The notes under the pieces: generated by a model
Databases searched by the model: none
Told to the model about the DNA's origin: nothing
The model's input: only the letters and a program-made list of their open reading frames with translations
NCBI RefSeq assembly: GCF_009914755.1
Contig: NC_060932.1
Reading direction: 5' to 3' (one strand)
Length of the DNA: 64,000 nt
DNA from: the human T2T-CHM13v2.0 reference genome, Homo sapiens
Made by a program: the position numbers and the translations under genes
Shown: positions 39,835 through 54,808 of the stretch, piece after piece
Layout: every line of letters starts with the position of its first letter
Numbering within the stretch: the first letter of the stretch is position 1

Positions 39835-42273
39835 CCTTGCCTTGCTTGGAAAGATGAGAGAAAGTCTCCTTGCCTTGTTTGGACAGATGAGAGATGAGAT
39901 CCTCCTCTTCTCTCCCAGGACAGAATGGTGAGACTTGAGTTTCCTTTCTCCTCACTCTTCTCCTCCTTGAGGGAGCTGCTGTGCCGGACAGACCTGCCCC
40001 CGTGTCTAGACACTGGTAGACTCGTTTAAGTTCCTCACAGGCAATCCTCCATGGGGTCAAAGTGGAAGGACTTATTTCTTCAGGGCTCAGTAGTCCACAT
40101 CCTGGCGCGCACCTTCACCAGCCCAGGGCGGGGTAGAGGAGGGTGAAAGGGCGTGGCTCAGAGCCCGCTTCTTCCGCTCGGGCGTATCCTGGGAGGAACC
40201 CTTGTCCGGTGAGCATGTCTTCGTCTCTACCAAATTCCCTAGTGGGACATTTCTGGCAGCCCTACTTGTTCAGCAGCTTACGGGGGTCAGGTGGACCTCT
40301 GCTAGTCACCAGCCTGAAGCCCTTTCTCCATTTCAGCTATTTTGGCAGTTGCCTAGGTGACTTTTGAACCTCATTATCCAGAACAGCAAACGGACGAGGG
40401 GTGAGAAGAGTGGCCGTCTGGGTTTGCAGCATAGTGCTGCCTTCTAGGAGTTGTGCAGTCTTCGATTGTGTGAAACTTCACCTGGCTGATTTGTGGCAAT
40501 GCCTCCACAAATTCGCTAAATTCAGTAGCTTTTGCCTTCCAAGATTCATTTACACAATGTTGAATGCTTTAAATGAATGAGCATGAAGAGTGCTGGGCTG
40601 GAAAGTGATGAGATGGGTGGTAGGGACTCCTCGGAGTAGAGGAGTAGAGTTTTACTATTATGACTAGGAGGCAAATAAAAAGAAGCTGAACGTGATCCAT
40701 AATAAAAGAAGCACACACTCACAGAGCTCCATACCAACTACATTAAAATGGAAATCATGATATTTGGAAATACAACTTAATTGGAAATCATTAAGTAATC
40801 TCATCAACCTTTTTACAGTGGGTGGCAGGGCTATGGAGGGAAAACAGCAATGGTTCTGGCACCTACTTAACTTGATTCCATTAAATTCACCCAACAGGCC
40901 TCCAGAGAACATATTACTGCTTTGATATTACAAAGGGAAAAACAGCTATGGCGTCTCTGAAAAGCACAACGTGCTAGGACTGGAATGACTTTAAAACCAC
41001 ACATAAATTTCTGAGAGATTTTTGCCATAAGGTACCATCCACCTTACTGTAAACCACATCCTAAAATTGTCTGCAGTGCAAATGGATTATGTGCATCCAA
41101 CAGGAAACAGCATAGGTTGAGAAGCTGTTACTTAATAGCTTCATTGTCACCACGAGTGTAAAGTGTGGGGTCTCATCACTTTTGCACCCACGTTTTGCCT
41201 GTTGGTTTCTCCACACTGTCAGGAGCATTTGACCAACTCACTGTGGCTCAGGGTCCCTTACGCAGCCTGTTGGGGAAACCAGTGGGTATTGAAGACCTGC
41301 CTCTGGTGTGCCAGGAGATTGTGCCTGCCGGCCACTCTGACTTGCGATCTTCCGCCTCAGTGTATGGCTTCCTACACCTGGGTAATTAACATAGCCAGCA
41401 TGATAAGGAGGTCCTTTCATCACTATTGCCACTAGTCCTTCCGACTCCTGTGCCCTGTTTCTCCTTTATTGGAACCCAAGAACGAGTAAACATAGCATTT
41501 TCAAACATCCCGCCCCCTTCCCTGGTAACACCAATATTCCACCATCCTAATTCCCTCACAAGCATTCAGTCTCTCCACCCTGAGGTGGTGAAATCCCTGC
41601 AGGCATTTATAAGTATACCTGGACAGAAGAAATACAAGATACCGTTCTATTAACTCAATATAGTGTTGCTAAGTTCGTACTTGTGCTTGGTTTATGTTAT
41701 TTTATAAATACGTATCACTCGCATGGTTCCAAATGCGGTAGGCACAGAGAGTATATATGATGGAATTACATCCTCCTTCCCTGCACTCAGCAACCGAGAT
41801 CTTCCCGCTACGGGCACTCAAAGGTTTCATTGTCTGAAATATCAGCCTAAACGTAGTTTATGTTTAGGAAGCAACAACCGTAAATAGGCCCACATCCAAA
41901 CGGAGTGGATTTAGGTTTCACTTTTTCAAGGAAAAACCATCAAAGAATTTTTCCACATACTTATAAACCATCCCACGTATAGAATCCATTTTTACTGACA
42001 CAAATTTAGTACCAATAAACGACTCTTCTTCTCAATTTGTTTTATTTAACAATAAGTCTTGAACGTCATTCCCAGTTAACATTTTGAAGAGTTTCCTCTC
42101 TTTCGTTCTGTTTTAGCTGCAAAGTATTCTTCCGTAAGGATGAACGTACTATAATTTATTAGCCAGCCACTTAGTGATGTACAATTAAGCAGTTTTAAAT
42201 CTTTGACTCTTGAAAATATTGTTTCTCACACATAAATATTTCTATAAAATAAATTAGTTGAATTAGAATTGTT

Positions 42274-42486
42274 GGAGTTCAAGACCAGCCTGGCCAACAT
42301 GGTGAAACCCCATCTCTACTAGAAACACAAAATTAGCCGGACATGCCGGTACATGCCTCTAATCTCAGGTGAGGCAGGAGAATCACTTCAACCTGGGAGG
42401 CAGAGGTTGTAGTGACTCGAAATCACGCCACTGCACTCCAGCCTGGGCGACGCGAGCGAAACTCTGTCTCAAAAAACCAAAAAAAA
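42274..42486 (+). mobile_element. 5'-truncated Alu, unit 4
   Basis: Copy of 5695-5907. Confidence 0.9.
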
Positions 42487-42614
42487 TTAAACATAAAAAG
42501 AAAAGCGGTACATATACCCAATAGAACACAATTCAGCCTTAAAAAAGAAAGAAATCATCTCATTGGCAACACGAATGAGCCTAGAGGATGGTACACTGAG
42601 TGAAAGAAAGCAAA

Positions 42615-42929
42615 GGCCAGGCACGGTGGCTCATGCCTGTAATCCCAGTACTTTGGGAGGCCAAGGCAGGTGGAAGCGTTGAGCCCAGGAGTTGGAGATG
42701 AACCTGGGCAACATGGTGAAACCCCATCTCTAAAAGAAACACAAAAATTAGCCAAGTGTGGCGTTGGACGCCTGTAGTCCTAGCTATTCAGGAGGCTGAA
42801 GCGGGAGGAACTCTCGACCCCGGGAGGTGGAGGCCGTGGTGGGTGAGTGAGCCGTGTTTGTGTCACTGTACTCCAGCCTGGGTGACAGACTGAGACCCTG
42901 TCTCAAAAAATAAATAATTACATAATAAA
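42615..42929 (+). mobile_element. Alu (AluJ-like), unit 4
   Basis: Copy of 6036-6346. Confidence 0.9.
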
Positions 42930-44338
42930 GATTTAAAAAGCAAGCACAAAAAGACAAATACTGCATGATCTCACTTATATGTGCAATCTCCAACAATGCA
43001 ACTCATAGCTGTAGAGAGCAGAACGGTGGTTACCCGAGGCAGGGGTCAGGGAGGGACTGGAGAGATGATAGTCTCATGATACAAAATTTCAGAGAGGAAT
43101 GGTTCTAGAGATCTATTGAACAGCCTGGCATCTACAGTGTATAAGTATGTATTGTATACTTGAAAATTGCTATAAGAGTAGATTTTAGACATGTCCTCAT
43201 CACATTAAAATCAGTATGTGAGGAAACGAGTGTGTTAATTAGCTTGATTTTGTCATTCCACAATGTATACACGTATGAAACATCATGTTGTATGCCATAA
43301 ATATATATAATTTTTATTTGTCAAGTTAAAATTAAAATTCATATAAATTATAAAAATAAAATGAAATAACATACACTACAAAAGACGTTTATTTATTAAA
43401 TCCCCACAGAAGGGGTCTAAGTGATAAAGGAAAATAAAATTCCGGGAACGGTAAAATCAATCAGAAATGCCCTACTTCAGTGCTTTCCGAAATTTGTCTG
43501 ACAGAGTGGAAATCCAGTTTTTCACTAAGTCACTGTTCTGGAACAGTTTGTGTGTGTGTATGTATGTGTGTGAGGGCTCACATACACAAATTGAACTAAT
43601 GGAAGTGTAAGCATTCAAATTATCAGTTTAATTTAGTTCTATACATATACACACACACACACTCACACACCGAAAACATTGATAAAATCAGCCATTCCAG
43701 CAAAACTAGCTACTTAGTGTCTATCTCTCCTTGAAGATTCAAACTAGAAATGAGGATTTAGAGAGGCATGATGGTTCGTTCTCTCTTGGAGCCCAGTTCG
43801 AAGTTGACTGACTGATTCAGTCATTGTAATTGGTTGGTCTTGGGGAAGAATCCACTTTGACTCTTGGGAAGTCAGCTAGGTCAGCAGACAGAGCAGGGGC
43901 TCTGGAGCCAGACTGCCTGCACCCGACTTCTAGCTATGATACCTTGGATAAACTACTTATCACCTGGGCTTCAGGTTCCTCATCTGTAAAATGGGGATAA
44001 GAATGCTATCTCTCTCACAACTATTAGGAGGACTGACTGGGTTAATACGTGCAAAGTACCAAGTACATAAGAAACCAACAGCCAGTGCTCATTACAATCA
44101 TTATTATTTTGGGCAAGTTAAGCCGCATGGTTTCTTTAGGTATAAAATTAGGCTTTATTTACCTACCTGTTGGGTTGTTCCAAGGATTAATCACATAGTG
44201 TTCATGAATTCCCTTTATAAACTATTATACAAAAGAAATATAGTTAACATTAATTGAACACCTACTATGTGCGATCGTTTTAAGGCTTGCCATGTGCTGC
44301 TTCATTCAGTCCGCACCATGACATTAGGATCACACTTT

Positions 44339-47300
44339 CGTTTTCCATTTTTTTTAAAATTATACTTTAATTACTAGGGTACATGTGCACAACGTGCAGG
44401 TTTATTACGTATGTAAGCACGTGCCATGTTGGTGTGCTGCACCCATTCACTAGTCATTTACATTAGGTATATCTCTTAATGTTATCCCTCCCCCTCCCCC
44501 CACCCATGACAGGCCCCGGTGTGTGATGTTCCCCTTTCTGCGTCCAAGTGTTCTCCTAGTTCAATTCCCACCTATGAGTGGGATCACGCGGTGTTTGGTT
44601 TTTTTGTCCTTGCGATAGTTTGCTAAGAATGATGGTTTCCAGCTTCATCCGTGTCCCTCCGAAGGGCATGAACACATGCTTTTTTATGGCTGCATAGTAT
44701 TCCACGGTGTATTTGTGCCACGTTTCCTTAATCCAGTCTATCATTGATGGACATCTGGGCTGGTTCCAAGTCTTTGCTACTGTGAACGGTGCCGCAATAA
44801 ACATACGTCTGCGTGTGTCCTTTTAGCAGCATGATTTATAGTCCTATGGGTGTATACCCAGTAATGGGACGGCTGGGTCAAATGGTATTTCTAATTCTAG
44901 ATCCTTGAGGATTCGCCACACTATCTTCCACAACCGCTGAACTGGTTTACAGTCCCACCAGCAGTGTAAAAGTGTCCCTATTTCTCCACTACCTCTCCAG
45001 CACCTGTTGTTTCCTGACTTTTTTATTGATCGCTATTCTAACTGGTGTGAGACGATATCTCTTTGCGGATTTGATTTGCATTTCTCTGATGACCAGTGTT
45101 GATGAGCATTTTTTCATGTGTCTGTTGGCTGCATAAATGTCTTCTTTTTAGAAGTGTCTCTTCATATCCTTCCCGCACTTGTTGATGGGGTTGTTTGGTT
45201 TTTCTTGTAACTCTGTTTGAGTTCTTAGTAGATTCTGGATATTAGCCCTTTGTCAGATGAGTAGATTGCAAAAATTTTCTCCCTTTCTGTAGCATGCCTG
45301 TTCACTCTGATGGGAGTTTCTTTAGCTGTGCAGAAACTCTTTAGTGTAATTAGATGCCGTTTGTCAATATTGGCTTTTGTTGCCTTTGCTTTTGGCGTTT
45401 TAGACATGAGGTCCTTGCCCATGCCTGTGTCCTGAATGGTATTGCCTAGGTTTTCTCCTAGGGTTTGTATGGCTTAAGATGTAACATTTAAGTCTGTCAT
45501 CCGTCTTGAATAAACTTTTGCATAAGGTGTAAGGAAGGGATCCAATTTCACCTTCGGACATATGGCTAGCCAGTTTTCCCAGCACCATTTATTAAATAGG
45601 GAATCCTTTCCCCATTTCTTGTTTTTGTCAGGTTTGTCAAAGATCCGACGGTTGTAGATGTGTCGTATTATTTCTGAGGGCTCTATTCTGTTCCATTGGT
45701 CTACAGTAACCAAAAAGGCAACCAACAGCATGCTGTTTGGTTACTGTAGGCTTGTAGTGTAGTTTGAAGTCGGGTAGCTTGATGCCTCCACCTTTGTTCT
45801 TTTGGCTTAGGATTATCTTGGCAGTGGGGGCCCTTTTGTGGTTCCATGTAAACTTTCAAGTAGTTTTTTCCAATTCTGTGAAGAAAGTCCTTGGTAGCTT
45901 GATGGGGATGGCATTGGATCTATAATATACCTTGGGCAGTATGGCCATTTTCACGATACTGATTCTTCCTAACCGTGAGCATGGAATATTCTTCCATTGG
46001 TTTGTGTCCTCTTTTATTTCGTGGAGCAGTGGTTTGTAGTTCTCCTTGAAGAGGTCCTTCGCACATCGCATCCCTTGTTAGTTGGATTCCTCAGTATTTT
46101 ATTCTCTTTGAAGCAATTGTGAATGGGAGCTCAGTCATGATTTGGCTCTCTGTTTGCCTGTTATTGGTGTATGAGAATGCTTGTGTTTTTTGCACATCGA
46201 TTTTGTATCCTGAGACTTTGCTGAAGTTGCTTATCAGCTTAAGGAGATTTTGGGCTGAGACGCTGGGGTTTTCTAAATATTCAATCATGTCATCTACAAA
46301 CAGGGACAATTTGACTTCCTCTTTTCCTAATTGATTACTCTTTATTTCTTTCTCCTGCCTGATTGCCCTGGCCAGAAGTTCCAACACCATGTTGAATAGG
46401 AGTGGTGAGAGAGGGCACCCCTGTCTTGTGGCAGTTTGCAAAGGGAATGCTTCCACTTTTTGCCCATTCAGTATAATATTGGCTGTGGGTTTGCCCTAAA
46501 TAGCCCTTATTATTTTGAGGTATGTCCCATCAGTACCTAATTTATTGAGAGTTTTTGGCATGAAAGGCTGTTGAATTTTGTCAAAGGCCTTTTCTGCATC
46601 TGTTGAGATAATCACGCGGTTTCTGTCTTTGGTTCCGATTATATGCTGGATTATGTTTATTGATTTGCATATGTTGGACCAGCCTTGCATGTCAGGGATG
46701 AAGCCCACTTGATCATAATGGATAAGCTCTTTGATGTGCTGCTGGATTCGGTTTGCCAGCATTTTATGGAGGATTTTTCCATCGGTGTTCCTCAGGGATA
46801 TGGGCCGAAAATTCTCTTTGTTGGTTGTGTCTCTCTCAGCCTTTGGGATCAGGATGATGCTGGCCTCATAAAATGAGATAGGGAGGATTCCCTCTTTTTC
46901 TGTTGATTGGAATAGTTTCCGAAGGAATGGTACCAGCTCCTCCTTGTACTTCTGGTAGAATTCGGCTGTGAATCCGTCTGGTCCTGGAGTTTTATTGCTT
47001 GATAGGCTATTAATTATTGCCTCAATTTCAGAGCCTGTTATTGGTCTATTCAGGCATTCAACTTCTTCCTGGTTTACTCTGGGGAGGTTGCATGTGTCCA
47101 GGAATTTATTCATTTCTTCTAGATTTCCGAGTTTGTTTGCCTAGAGGTGTTGACAGTATTCTCTCATGGTAGTTTGTACTTCTGTGGGATCAGTGGTGAT
47201 ATCCCCTTTATCATTTTTTATTGCATCTGCTTGATTCTTCTTCCTTTCATTCTTTAATAGTCTTGCTAGTGGTCTATCAATTTTGTTGATGGTTTCAAAA

Positions 47301-48010
47301 AACCCGCTCCTGGATTCATTGATTTTTTGAAGGGTTTTTTGGGTCTCTATCTCCTTCAGTTCTGCTCGGATCTTAGTTATTTCTTGCCTTCTGCTAGCTT
47401 TTGAATGTGTTTGCTCTTGCTTCTCTCATCCTTTTAATGGTGATGTTAGGGTATGCATTTTTGATCTTTCCTGCTTTCCCTTGTGGGCATTTAGTGCTAT
47501 AAATTTCCCTCTACACACTGCTTTAAATGTGTCCCAGAGATTCTGGTATGTTGTGTCTTTGTTCTCATTGCTTTCAGAGAATATCTTTATTTCTGCCTTC
47601 ATTTCGTTATGTACCCAGTACTCATTCAGGAGCAGCTTGTCCGGTTTCCATGCAGTTGTGCGGTTTTGAGTGAGTTTCTCAATCCTGAGGTCTAGTGTGA
47701 TTGCAATGTGGTCTGAGAGACCGTTTGTAATAATTTCTGTAATTTTACTTTTACTGAGGAGTGCTTTACTTCCAACTATGTGGTCAATGTGGAAATAAGT
47801 GTGATGTGGTGCTGAGAAGAATGTATATTCTGTTGATTTGGGGTGGAGCGTTCTGTACATGTCTCCTAGGTCCGCTTGGTGCAGAGCTGAGCTCAATTCC
47901 CGGATATCCTTTTTTAACTTTCTGTCTCGTTGGTGTGTCTAATGTTGACAGTGGGGTGTTAAGTTTGCCATTATTATTATTATTACTATGTGGGAGTCTA
48001 AGTCTCTTTT
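44339..48010 (-). mobile_element. 5'-truncated L1PA, unit 4
   Basis: Copy of 7756-11429 with the same TSD. Confidence 0.95.
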
Positions 48011-48574
48011 GATCACACTTTAAAGACCAAAAGGTAGAAGCGCAAAGACGTTATCTGTCCAATATTACAAACCTAGTAAGTGGTGGAATTTGGCCTTGAA
48101 CCCAGATCTGTAACTCCAGAGCCGAAGTGCTTCACCCACCTCCCTGTGGTGCCTCTACAGAAAAAGAGGTAAGCAGGCATTCCGAAAGCTGGTGGGCCGG
48201 GGAGCTGGCCTTGTACTCAGAAGCCATGGAAGTCCCACGTGGGGTGGCTAGTGGTGTAAGGACAGAGGTCTCGGATGGGCAGAGGGATGTGAACACGCGC
48301 GAGGGCGCGCGGCAGGGACTCGGGGGACTGGGAGTGGCGGCTCGGAGCTGCGGGAGGCGATTGGTGGAAGGACAGAGGTCTGGGAGGGGCAGAGGGATGT
48401 GGACAGGCCCGAGGGGCCGCGGCAGGGATTCCGGGGGACCGGGAGTGGGGGGTTGGGGTTACTCTTGGCTTTTTGCCCTCTCCTGCCGCCGGCTGCTCCA
48501 GTTTCTTTCGCTTTGCGGCGAGGTGGGCAGGGTGAGCTCTCGGGACTGATGGCGGTTTTGGAAGAGGCCTGGGG

Positions 48575-50602
48575 CTAAGGACAGGCCAGGGCGGCGGGAG
48601 AGGCGGACCGGTGGCGTGGCTGGATCTGGGCGCGCTGTCGGACCTTCCACATCACCAGCTGCAGGCAGGCGTTTGCGTCCTCGCTGGAGTTGTGGCCGTC
48701 CTGGCTGTCCTGGATGATCTGTGCCAGGTAGTCGGCCGCGAGATTCCTGAGGGAGCGCTTGTAGGGGAAACCCAGGTAGTGCGGGAAGAGCACGGCCGTG
48801 TCCACCACGGTGCTGTGGATGAGCTTCAGGGCCAGCAGGTCGCTCTCCAGGCTGTGCCCGATGAGGATGGTTTGGGCGCTGAAAAAGCTCAGCAGGATGG
48901 CTTGGACTTGGGGCAACGTGATGCTCGTCTTGGCGACGTCGGCCTCGGTGACTCCGGAAAACCTGGTGTTGTAGTCCACGATCTCGTTGTCGGGCTTGAC
49001 GAAGGTGTCGTACACCACTCGCATGTCGGCGTCCACCACGGTGACGCGGGTCAGCTCTAGGCCATGCGTGGTGTAGCACATCTCACAGTCCAAGGCGTAG
49101 ATTCCTGGATAAGCGTCTCTGGACAACTCTTTCTTGAAGGTCTCCACGAAGCCATCGAGGCTCTCCTTGCGGCCGTCCCGCACGTGCTGCTTTGCCACCT
49201 GGCAGCCCACAGAGCCAGGAGCAGCTGCACAGCAGGTGTACTGGCTAACCCGGCCTCCAGCCACCTGGCTCGAGCGGACCCGCCCCCAGTGATAATAACA
49301 CAACTGGTCGCGTACACAGCGGCCCGAGGAGGACACCAGGTACTCGGTGCCACAACGGCAGCAGACCCTGCAGGAGGAGTCGCCGGGCCCCTTCCCCTGG
49401 CCAGTGAAGAGGACGGCGCCTCCGGGCCGCTCGGGGTGCGGGAAGGGGTAGCCGTTCTCCTTGAGCTGGTCCTGGGTGAGCAGGAACTCCTGGAGGCGGC
49501 TGTACAGGGCGGCCCTGCTGAGGCCGGGCATGGAGCTGGGGGTCAGGCCCTTCAGTCTCTTGAGGGTGTTCAGGACCACGTTCAGGTACCTGTTCTTGTT
49601 GGGGCTGCAGTCGTAGGCCACCTTCTCCTCGTTCAGCGCCTTCTCCTCGGCCTCCTGCTTGGAGGCGCAGAACTTGAGACACTCTTCGGTGAACAGTTGG
49701 AGATAGCCTCGGCGGAGGACGGTGGGGACTTGGCACCCAGAGCTTCGGAGGATAATGGGTTTCTTCAAACTCAAACTCGGTAAGGATGCACGACGGACGA
49801 TTCGCTTAGAGCTGGTGGTGGCGGTGGTCTTGCATGCCATCCCTGACCTGTTGCGCGTCTTCCCTGGCTGTCTGCCGACCTTGGAGCCACGGGAGCGTTG
49901 GCTGCTGCTGGCCACCCGGGTTCTCTTGGCATCTGTGTAACCTGTGACCAAGCAAGGGCTGGAAGAGTGGGCGATCGTCTTCCTCTTCCTGGGGGCTGAG
50001 ATGCGGACTCCCGAGGGCCTCTCTGTCAGCCTTGGGGCGGCTGGCAAGCGGCAGGCCGATCCCCTCTGCGCAGGGAAGTAGCACGACTCCGTCACCATCT
50101 TGGGCCACGCTGGGGGCACCGCCGGACCCCTGTTCTGGGGCTCCGCCTGGATGTCCACAAATGCTGAGGCCTGCTTGTGCATCTGGGGCACCCAGAGCCC
50201 GAAGCTCTGGGCAGGCTGATGAGAGGGCAGTGGGAATTCTGGAGCCTCGAGGGCCGCCTCCTCGGCCACCTTCTTAGCTTCTGGGTATCCAGGTGGGAAC
50301 CAGCAGGGAGCTGTGGCTCGCAACATCTTGCTGCCTTCGGGAGCACCGGCCGGGCTCTGCTCCGCTCCCAAATGGCGGCTTGCCTCCGGGGCCGCCTCCT
50401 TGGCCACCTTCTTAGCTTCTGGGTATCCAGGGCGGAACCAGCAGGGAGCTGTGGCTCGCAACATCTTGCTGCCTTCGGGAGCACCGGCCTGGCTCTGCTC
50501 CCCTCCCAAATGGCGGCTTGCCTCCAGGGCCGCCTCCTCGGCCACCTTCTTAGCTTCTGGGTATCCAGGGGGGAACCAGCAGGGAGCTGTGGCTCGCAAC
50601 AT
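48575..50602 (-). CDS. REXO1L1: REXO1-like exonuclease GOR, 675 aa, copy 5
   Basis: Intact ORF; R443, M169. Confidence 0.9.
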   Translation of the reverse strand: MLRATAPCWFPPGYPEAKKVAEEAALEASRHLGGEQSQAGAPEGSKMLRATAPCWFRPGYPEAKKVAKEAAPEASRHLGAEQSPAGAPEGSKMLRATAPCWFPPGYPEAKKVAEEAALEAPEFPLPSHQPAQSFGLWVPQMHKQASAFVDIQAEPQNRGPAVPPAWPKMVTESCYFPAQRGSACRLPAAPRLTERPSGVRISAPRKRKTIAHSSSPCLVTGYTDAKRTRVASSSQRSRGSKVGRQPGKTRNRSGMACKTTATTSSKRIVRRASLPSLSLKKPIILRSSGCQVPTVLRRGYLQLFTEECLKFCASKQEAEEKALNEEKVAYDCSPNKNRYLNVVLNTLKRLKGLTPSSMPGLSRAALYSRLQEFLLTQDQLKENGYPFPHPERPGGAVLFTGQGKGPGDSSCRVCCRCGTEYLVSSSGRCVRDQLCYYHWGRVRSSQVAGGRVSQYTCCAAAPGSVGCQVAKQHVRDGRKESLDGFVETFKKELSRDAYPGIYALDCEMCYTTHGLELTRVTVVDADMRVVYDTFVKPDNEIVDYNTRFSGVTEADVAKTSITLPQVQAILLSFFSAQTILIGHSLESDLLALKLIHSTVVDTAVLFPHYLGFPYKRSLRNLAADYLAQIIQDSQDGHNSSEDANACLQLVMWKVRQRAQIQPRHRSASPAALACP

Positions 50603-51140
50603 CTTGCTGCCTTCGGGAGCACCGGCCTGGCTCTGCTCCTCTCCCAACTGGCGGCTTCAATGAGTGCTGCGGCCGCCACTTGTCGCCTTTATATAGGCAC
50701 AGGGCAGACTGGGTGGGACTTCTCCTTGATAGGTTGGTGCTTCAGTCCAATCACACTGAGCCTCATCTTCCACCAGACTCCAGCTTGGGAATGCCTCAGG
50801 GGGTGCGCTAATGGAATCAACTGGAACTCCCGGTTGCTAAACTTGGAGCTAGGTTGCTTTTCCTGAGTTAAGTAACTGTCCCTGCAGGGCAGTCCTATAA
50901 TGGCTACTGGAATTGGGCTACCTAGGATTAAATTAAGGTTCAGGGAGGTTGGTCAACTTGCTTGGGCCCACACAGCACCCCTTGGAGCCAGGACTGGGCC
51001 AGCAGTCTGCTGCATGCTGGAGGGCGGGATCCCTCTGGGGCTGCCTTTCCCTGCTCTGTGCACTCCGCCGCTGCGGGCAAATTGAGGACAGGAAGCGGAC
51101 CGCACCCACTTCTCTCCCAGGACTTGGGCAATGTTCAACA

Positions 51141-52028
51141 CAGGTGGTCTTCCAAAGGTTCATAGAAAATGCACATGGTGAAGAAACTATGCATGGATTT
51201 CCACTGGTTTGCACTAAAATAAACTTGTCCTAACTTCTGATAACCTTTCTGAACTAGATCTAGTTTGAGGCACTAAGAAGGATGAGACATCCACTGAAAA
51301 GGACTCCCATCAGAGCAACATGAATTCCACGAAAATTGCAGCAAGAGGAAACATCAAATTTATGGTGAAGCTTGGGTGGAAGATTGAAGAAATCATTGAC
51401 GTTTTAAGAAAAGCTTGTAAGGACACTACCCCGAAGAAATGAACTCTTTACGAATGTATAGCTTGTTTCAAGAAGAGGTGAGAAGATGTGGAAGATGAAT
51501 CCTGCAGTGGCTGTGAAAACCACTGTGCCCAGATCAGCTGCAGTTACGACGAGAGCTGTCAGTGGAAATTTTAAACAGGAGGGATCACGATCCTGACGCA
51601 TCCCTCTGACAAATTGTAAGCGGAAGTTGGAACATGGCTTCACCAATATGATCTCCAAGGCAAAGCATCATGAAAGCGATGGCTACCAAGAGGTGGCAGT
51701 GGTCCAGTCAAAGGAAAAGGAGGCCAGTCAGGAGCCCACATCATGACATCAGTGTTTTGGGACACTCAAGGCATTTTGCTTGTTGACTTTCTGAAAGGCC
51801 AAACATCTGCTTATTAGGAGAGTGTTCTGAGAAACTTAGATAAAGCTTTGGTAGAAACATGCTGGGAAAGTCTCACTAGATCCTTGTTCACCACATCAAT
51901 GCTCTGCTCATTCCTCTCATCAAACAAGGGCAATTTTGTCAGTTTCAATGGGCAGTCCTTAGGAATTCACCTTACGGGCTGCTTTCATTCCTTCTAAATT
52001 CTTTTTGTTTCCTAATGATAAAAAGTCT
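51141..52028 (+). mobile_element. Hsmar2 fragment, unit 5
   Basis: Copy of 2368-3255. Confidence 0.85.
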
Positions 52029-54467
52029 CCTTGCCTTGCTTGGAAAGATGAGAGAAAGTCTCCTTGCCTTGTTTGGACAGATGAGAGATGAGATCCTCCT
52101 CTTCTCTCCCAGGACAGAATGGTGAGACTTGAGTTTCCTTTCTCCTCACTCTTCTCCTCCTTGAGGGAGCTGCTGTGCCGGACAGACCTGCCCCCGTGTC
52201 TAGACACTGGTAGACTCGTTTAAGTTCCTCACAGGCAATCCTCCATGGGGTCAAAGTGGAAGGACTTATTTCTTCAGGGCTCAGTAGTCCACATCCTGGC
52301 GCGCACCTTCACCAGCCCAGGGCGGGGTAGAGGAGGGTGAAAGGGCGTGGCTCAGAGCCCGCTTCTTCCGCTCGGGCGTATCCTGGGAGGAACCCTTGTC
52401 CGGTGAGCATGTCTTCGTCTCTACCAAATTCCCTAGTGGGACATTTCTGGCAGCCCTACTTGTTCAGCAGCTTACGGGGGTCAGGTGGACCTCTGCTAGT
52501 CACCAGCCTGAAGCCCTTTCTCCATTTCAGCTATTTTGGCAGTTGCCTAGGTGACTTTTGAACCTCATTATCCAGAACAGCAAACGGACGAGGGGTGAGA
52601 AGAGTGGCCGTCTGGGTTTGCAGCATAGTGCTGCCTTCTAGGAGTTGTGCAGTCTTCGATTGTGTGAAACTTCACCTGGCTGATTTGTGGCAATGCCTCC
52701 ACAAATTCGCTAAATTCAGTAGCTTTTGCCTTCCAAGATTCATTTACACAATGTTGAATGCTTTAAATGAATGAGCATGAAGAGTGCTGGGCTGGAAAGT
52801 GATGAGATGGGTGGTAGGGACTCCTCGGAGTAGAGGAGTAGAGTTTTACTATTATGACTAGGAGGCAAATAAAAAGAAGCTGAACGTGATCCATAATAAA
52901 AGAAGCACACACTCACAGAGCTCCATACCAACTACATTAAAATGGAAATCATGATATTTGGAAATACAACTTAATTGGAAATCATTAAGTAATCTCATCA
53001 ACCTTTTTACAGTGGGTGGCAGGGCTATGGAGGGAAAACAGCAATGGTTCTGGCACCTACTTAACTTGATTCCATTAAATTCACCCAACAGGCCTCCAGA
53101 GAAGATATTACTGCTTTGATATTACAAAGGGAAAAACAGCTATGGCGTCTCTGAAAAGCACAACGTGCTAGGACTGGAATGACTTTAAAACCACACATAA
53201 ATTTCTGAGAGATTTTTGCCATAAGGTACCGTCCACCTTACTGTAAACCACATCCTAAAATTGTCTGCAGTGCAAATGGATTATGTGCATCCAACAGGAA
53301 ACAGCATAGGTTGAGAAGCTGTTACTTAATAGCTTCATTGTCACCACGAGTGTAAAGTGTGGGGTCTCATCACTTTTGCACCCACGTTTTGCCTGTTGGT
53401 TTCTCCACACTGTCAGGAGCATTTGACCAACTCACTGTGGCTCAGGGTCCCTTACGCAGCCTGTTGGGGAAACCAGTGGGTATTGAAGACCTGCCTCTGG
53501 TGTGCCAGGAGGTTGTGCCTGCCGGCCACTCTGACTTGCGATCTTCCGCCTCAGTGTATGGCTTCCTACACCTGGGTAATTAACATTGCCAGCATGATAA
53601 GGAGGTCCTTTCATCACTATTGCCACTAGTCCTTCCGACTCCTGTGCCCTGTTTCTCCTTTATTGGAACCCAAGAACGAGTAAACATAGCATTTTCAAAC
53701 ATCCCGCCCCCTTCACTGGTAACACCAATATTCCACCATCCTAATTCCCTCACAAGCATTCAGTCTCTCCACCCTGAGGTGGTGAAATCCCTGCAGGCAT
53801 TTATAAGTATACCTGGACAGAAGAAATACAAGATACCGTTCTATTAACTCAATATAGTGTTGCTAAGTTCGTACTTGTGCTTGGTTTATTTTATTTTATA
53901 AATAGGTATCACTCGCATGGTTCCAAATGCGGTAGGCACAGAGAGTATATATGATGGAATTACATCCTCCTTCCCTGCACTCAGCAACCGAGATCATCCC
54001 GCTACGGGCACTCAAAGGTTTCATTGTCTGAAATATCAGCCTAAACGTAGTTTATGTTTAGGAAGCAACAACCGTAAATAGGCCCACATCCAAACGGAGT
54101 GGATTTAGGTTTCACTTTTTCAAGGAAAAACCATCAAAGAATTTTTCCACATACTTATAAACCATCCCACGTATAGAATCCATTTTTACTGACACAAATT
54201 TAGTACCAATAAACGACTCTTCTTCTCAATTTGTTTTATTTAACAATAAGTCTTGAACGTCATTCCCAGTTAACATTTTGAAGAGTTTCCTCTCTTTCGT
54301 TCTGTTTTAGCTGCAAAGTATTCTTCCGTAAGGATGAACGTACTATAATTTATTAGCCAGCCACTTAGTGATGTACAATTAAACAGTTTTAAATCTTTGA
54401 CTCTTGAAAATATTGTTTCTCACACATAAATATTTCTATAAAATAAATTAATTGAATTAGAATTGTT

Positions 54468-54680
54468 GGAGTTCAAGACCAGCCTGGCCAACATGGTGAA
54501 ACCCCATCTCTACTAGAAACACAAAATTAGCCGGACATGCCGGTACATGCCTCTAATCTCAGGTGAGGCAGGAGAATCACTTCAACCTGGGAGGCAGAGG
54601 TTGTAGTGACTCGAAATCACGCCACTGCACTCCAGCCTGGGCGACGCGAGCGAAACTCTGTCTCAAAAAACCAAAAAAAA
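54468..54680 (+). mobile_element. 5'-truncated Alu, unit 5
   Basis: Copy of 5695-5907. Confidence 0.9.
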
Positions 54681-54808
54681 TTAAACATAAAAAGAAAAGC
54701 GGTACATATACCCAATAGAACACAATTCAGCCTTAAAAAAGAAAGAAATCATCTCATTGGCAACACGAATGAGCCTAGAGGATGGTACACTGAGTGAAAG
54801 AAAGCAAA

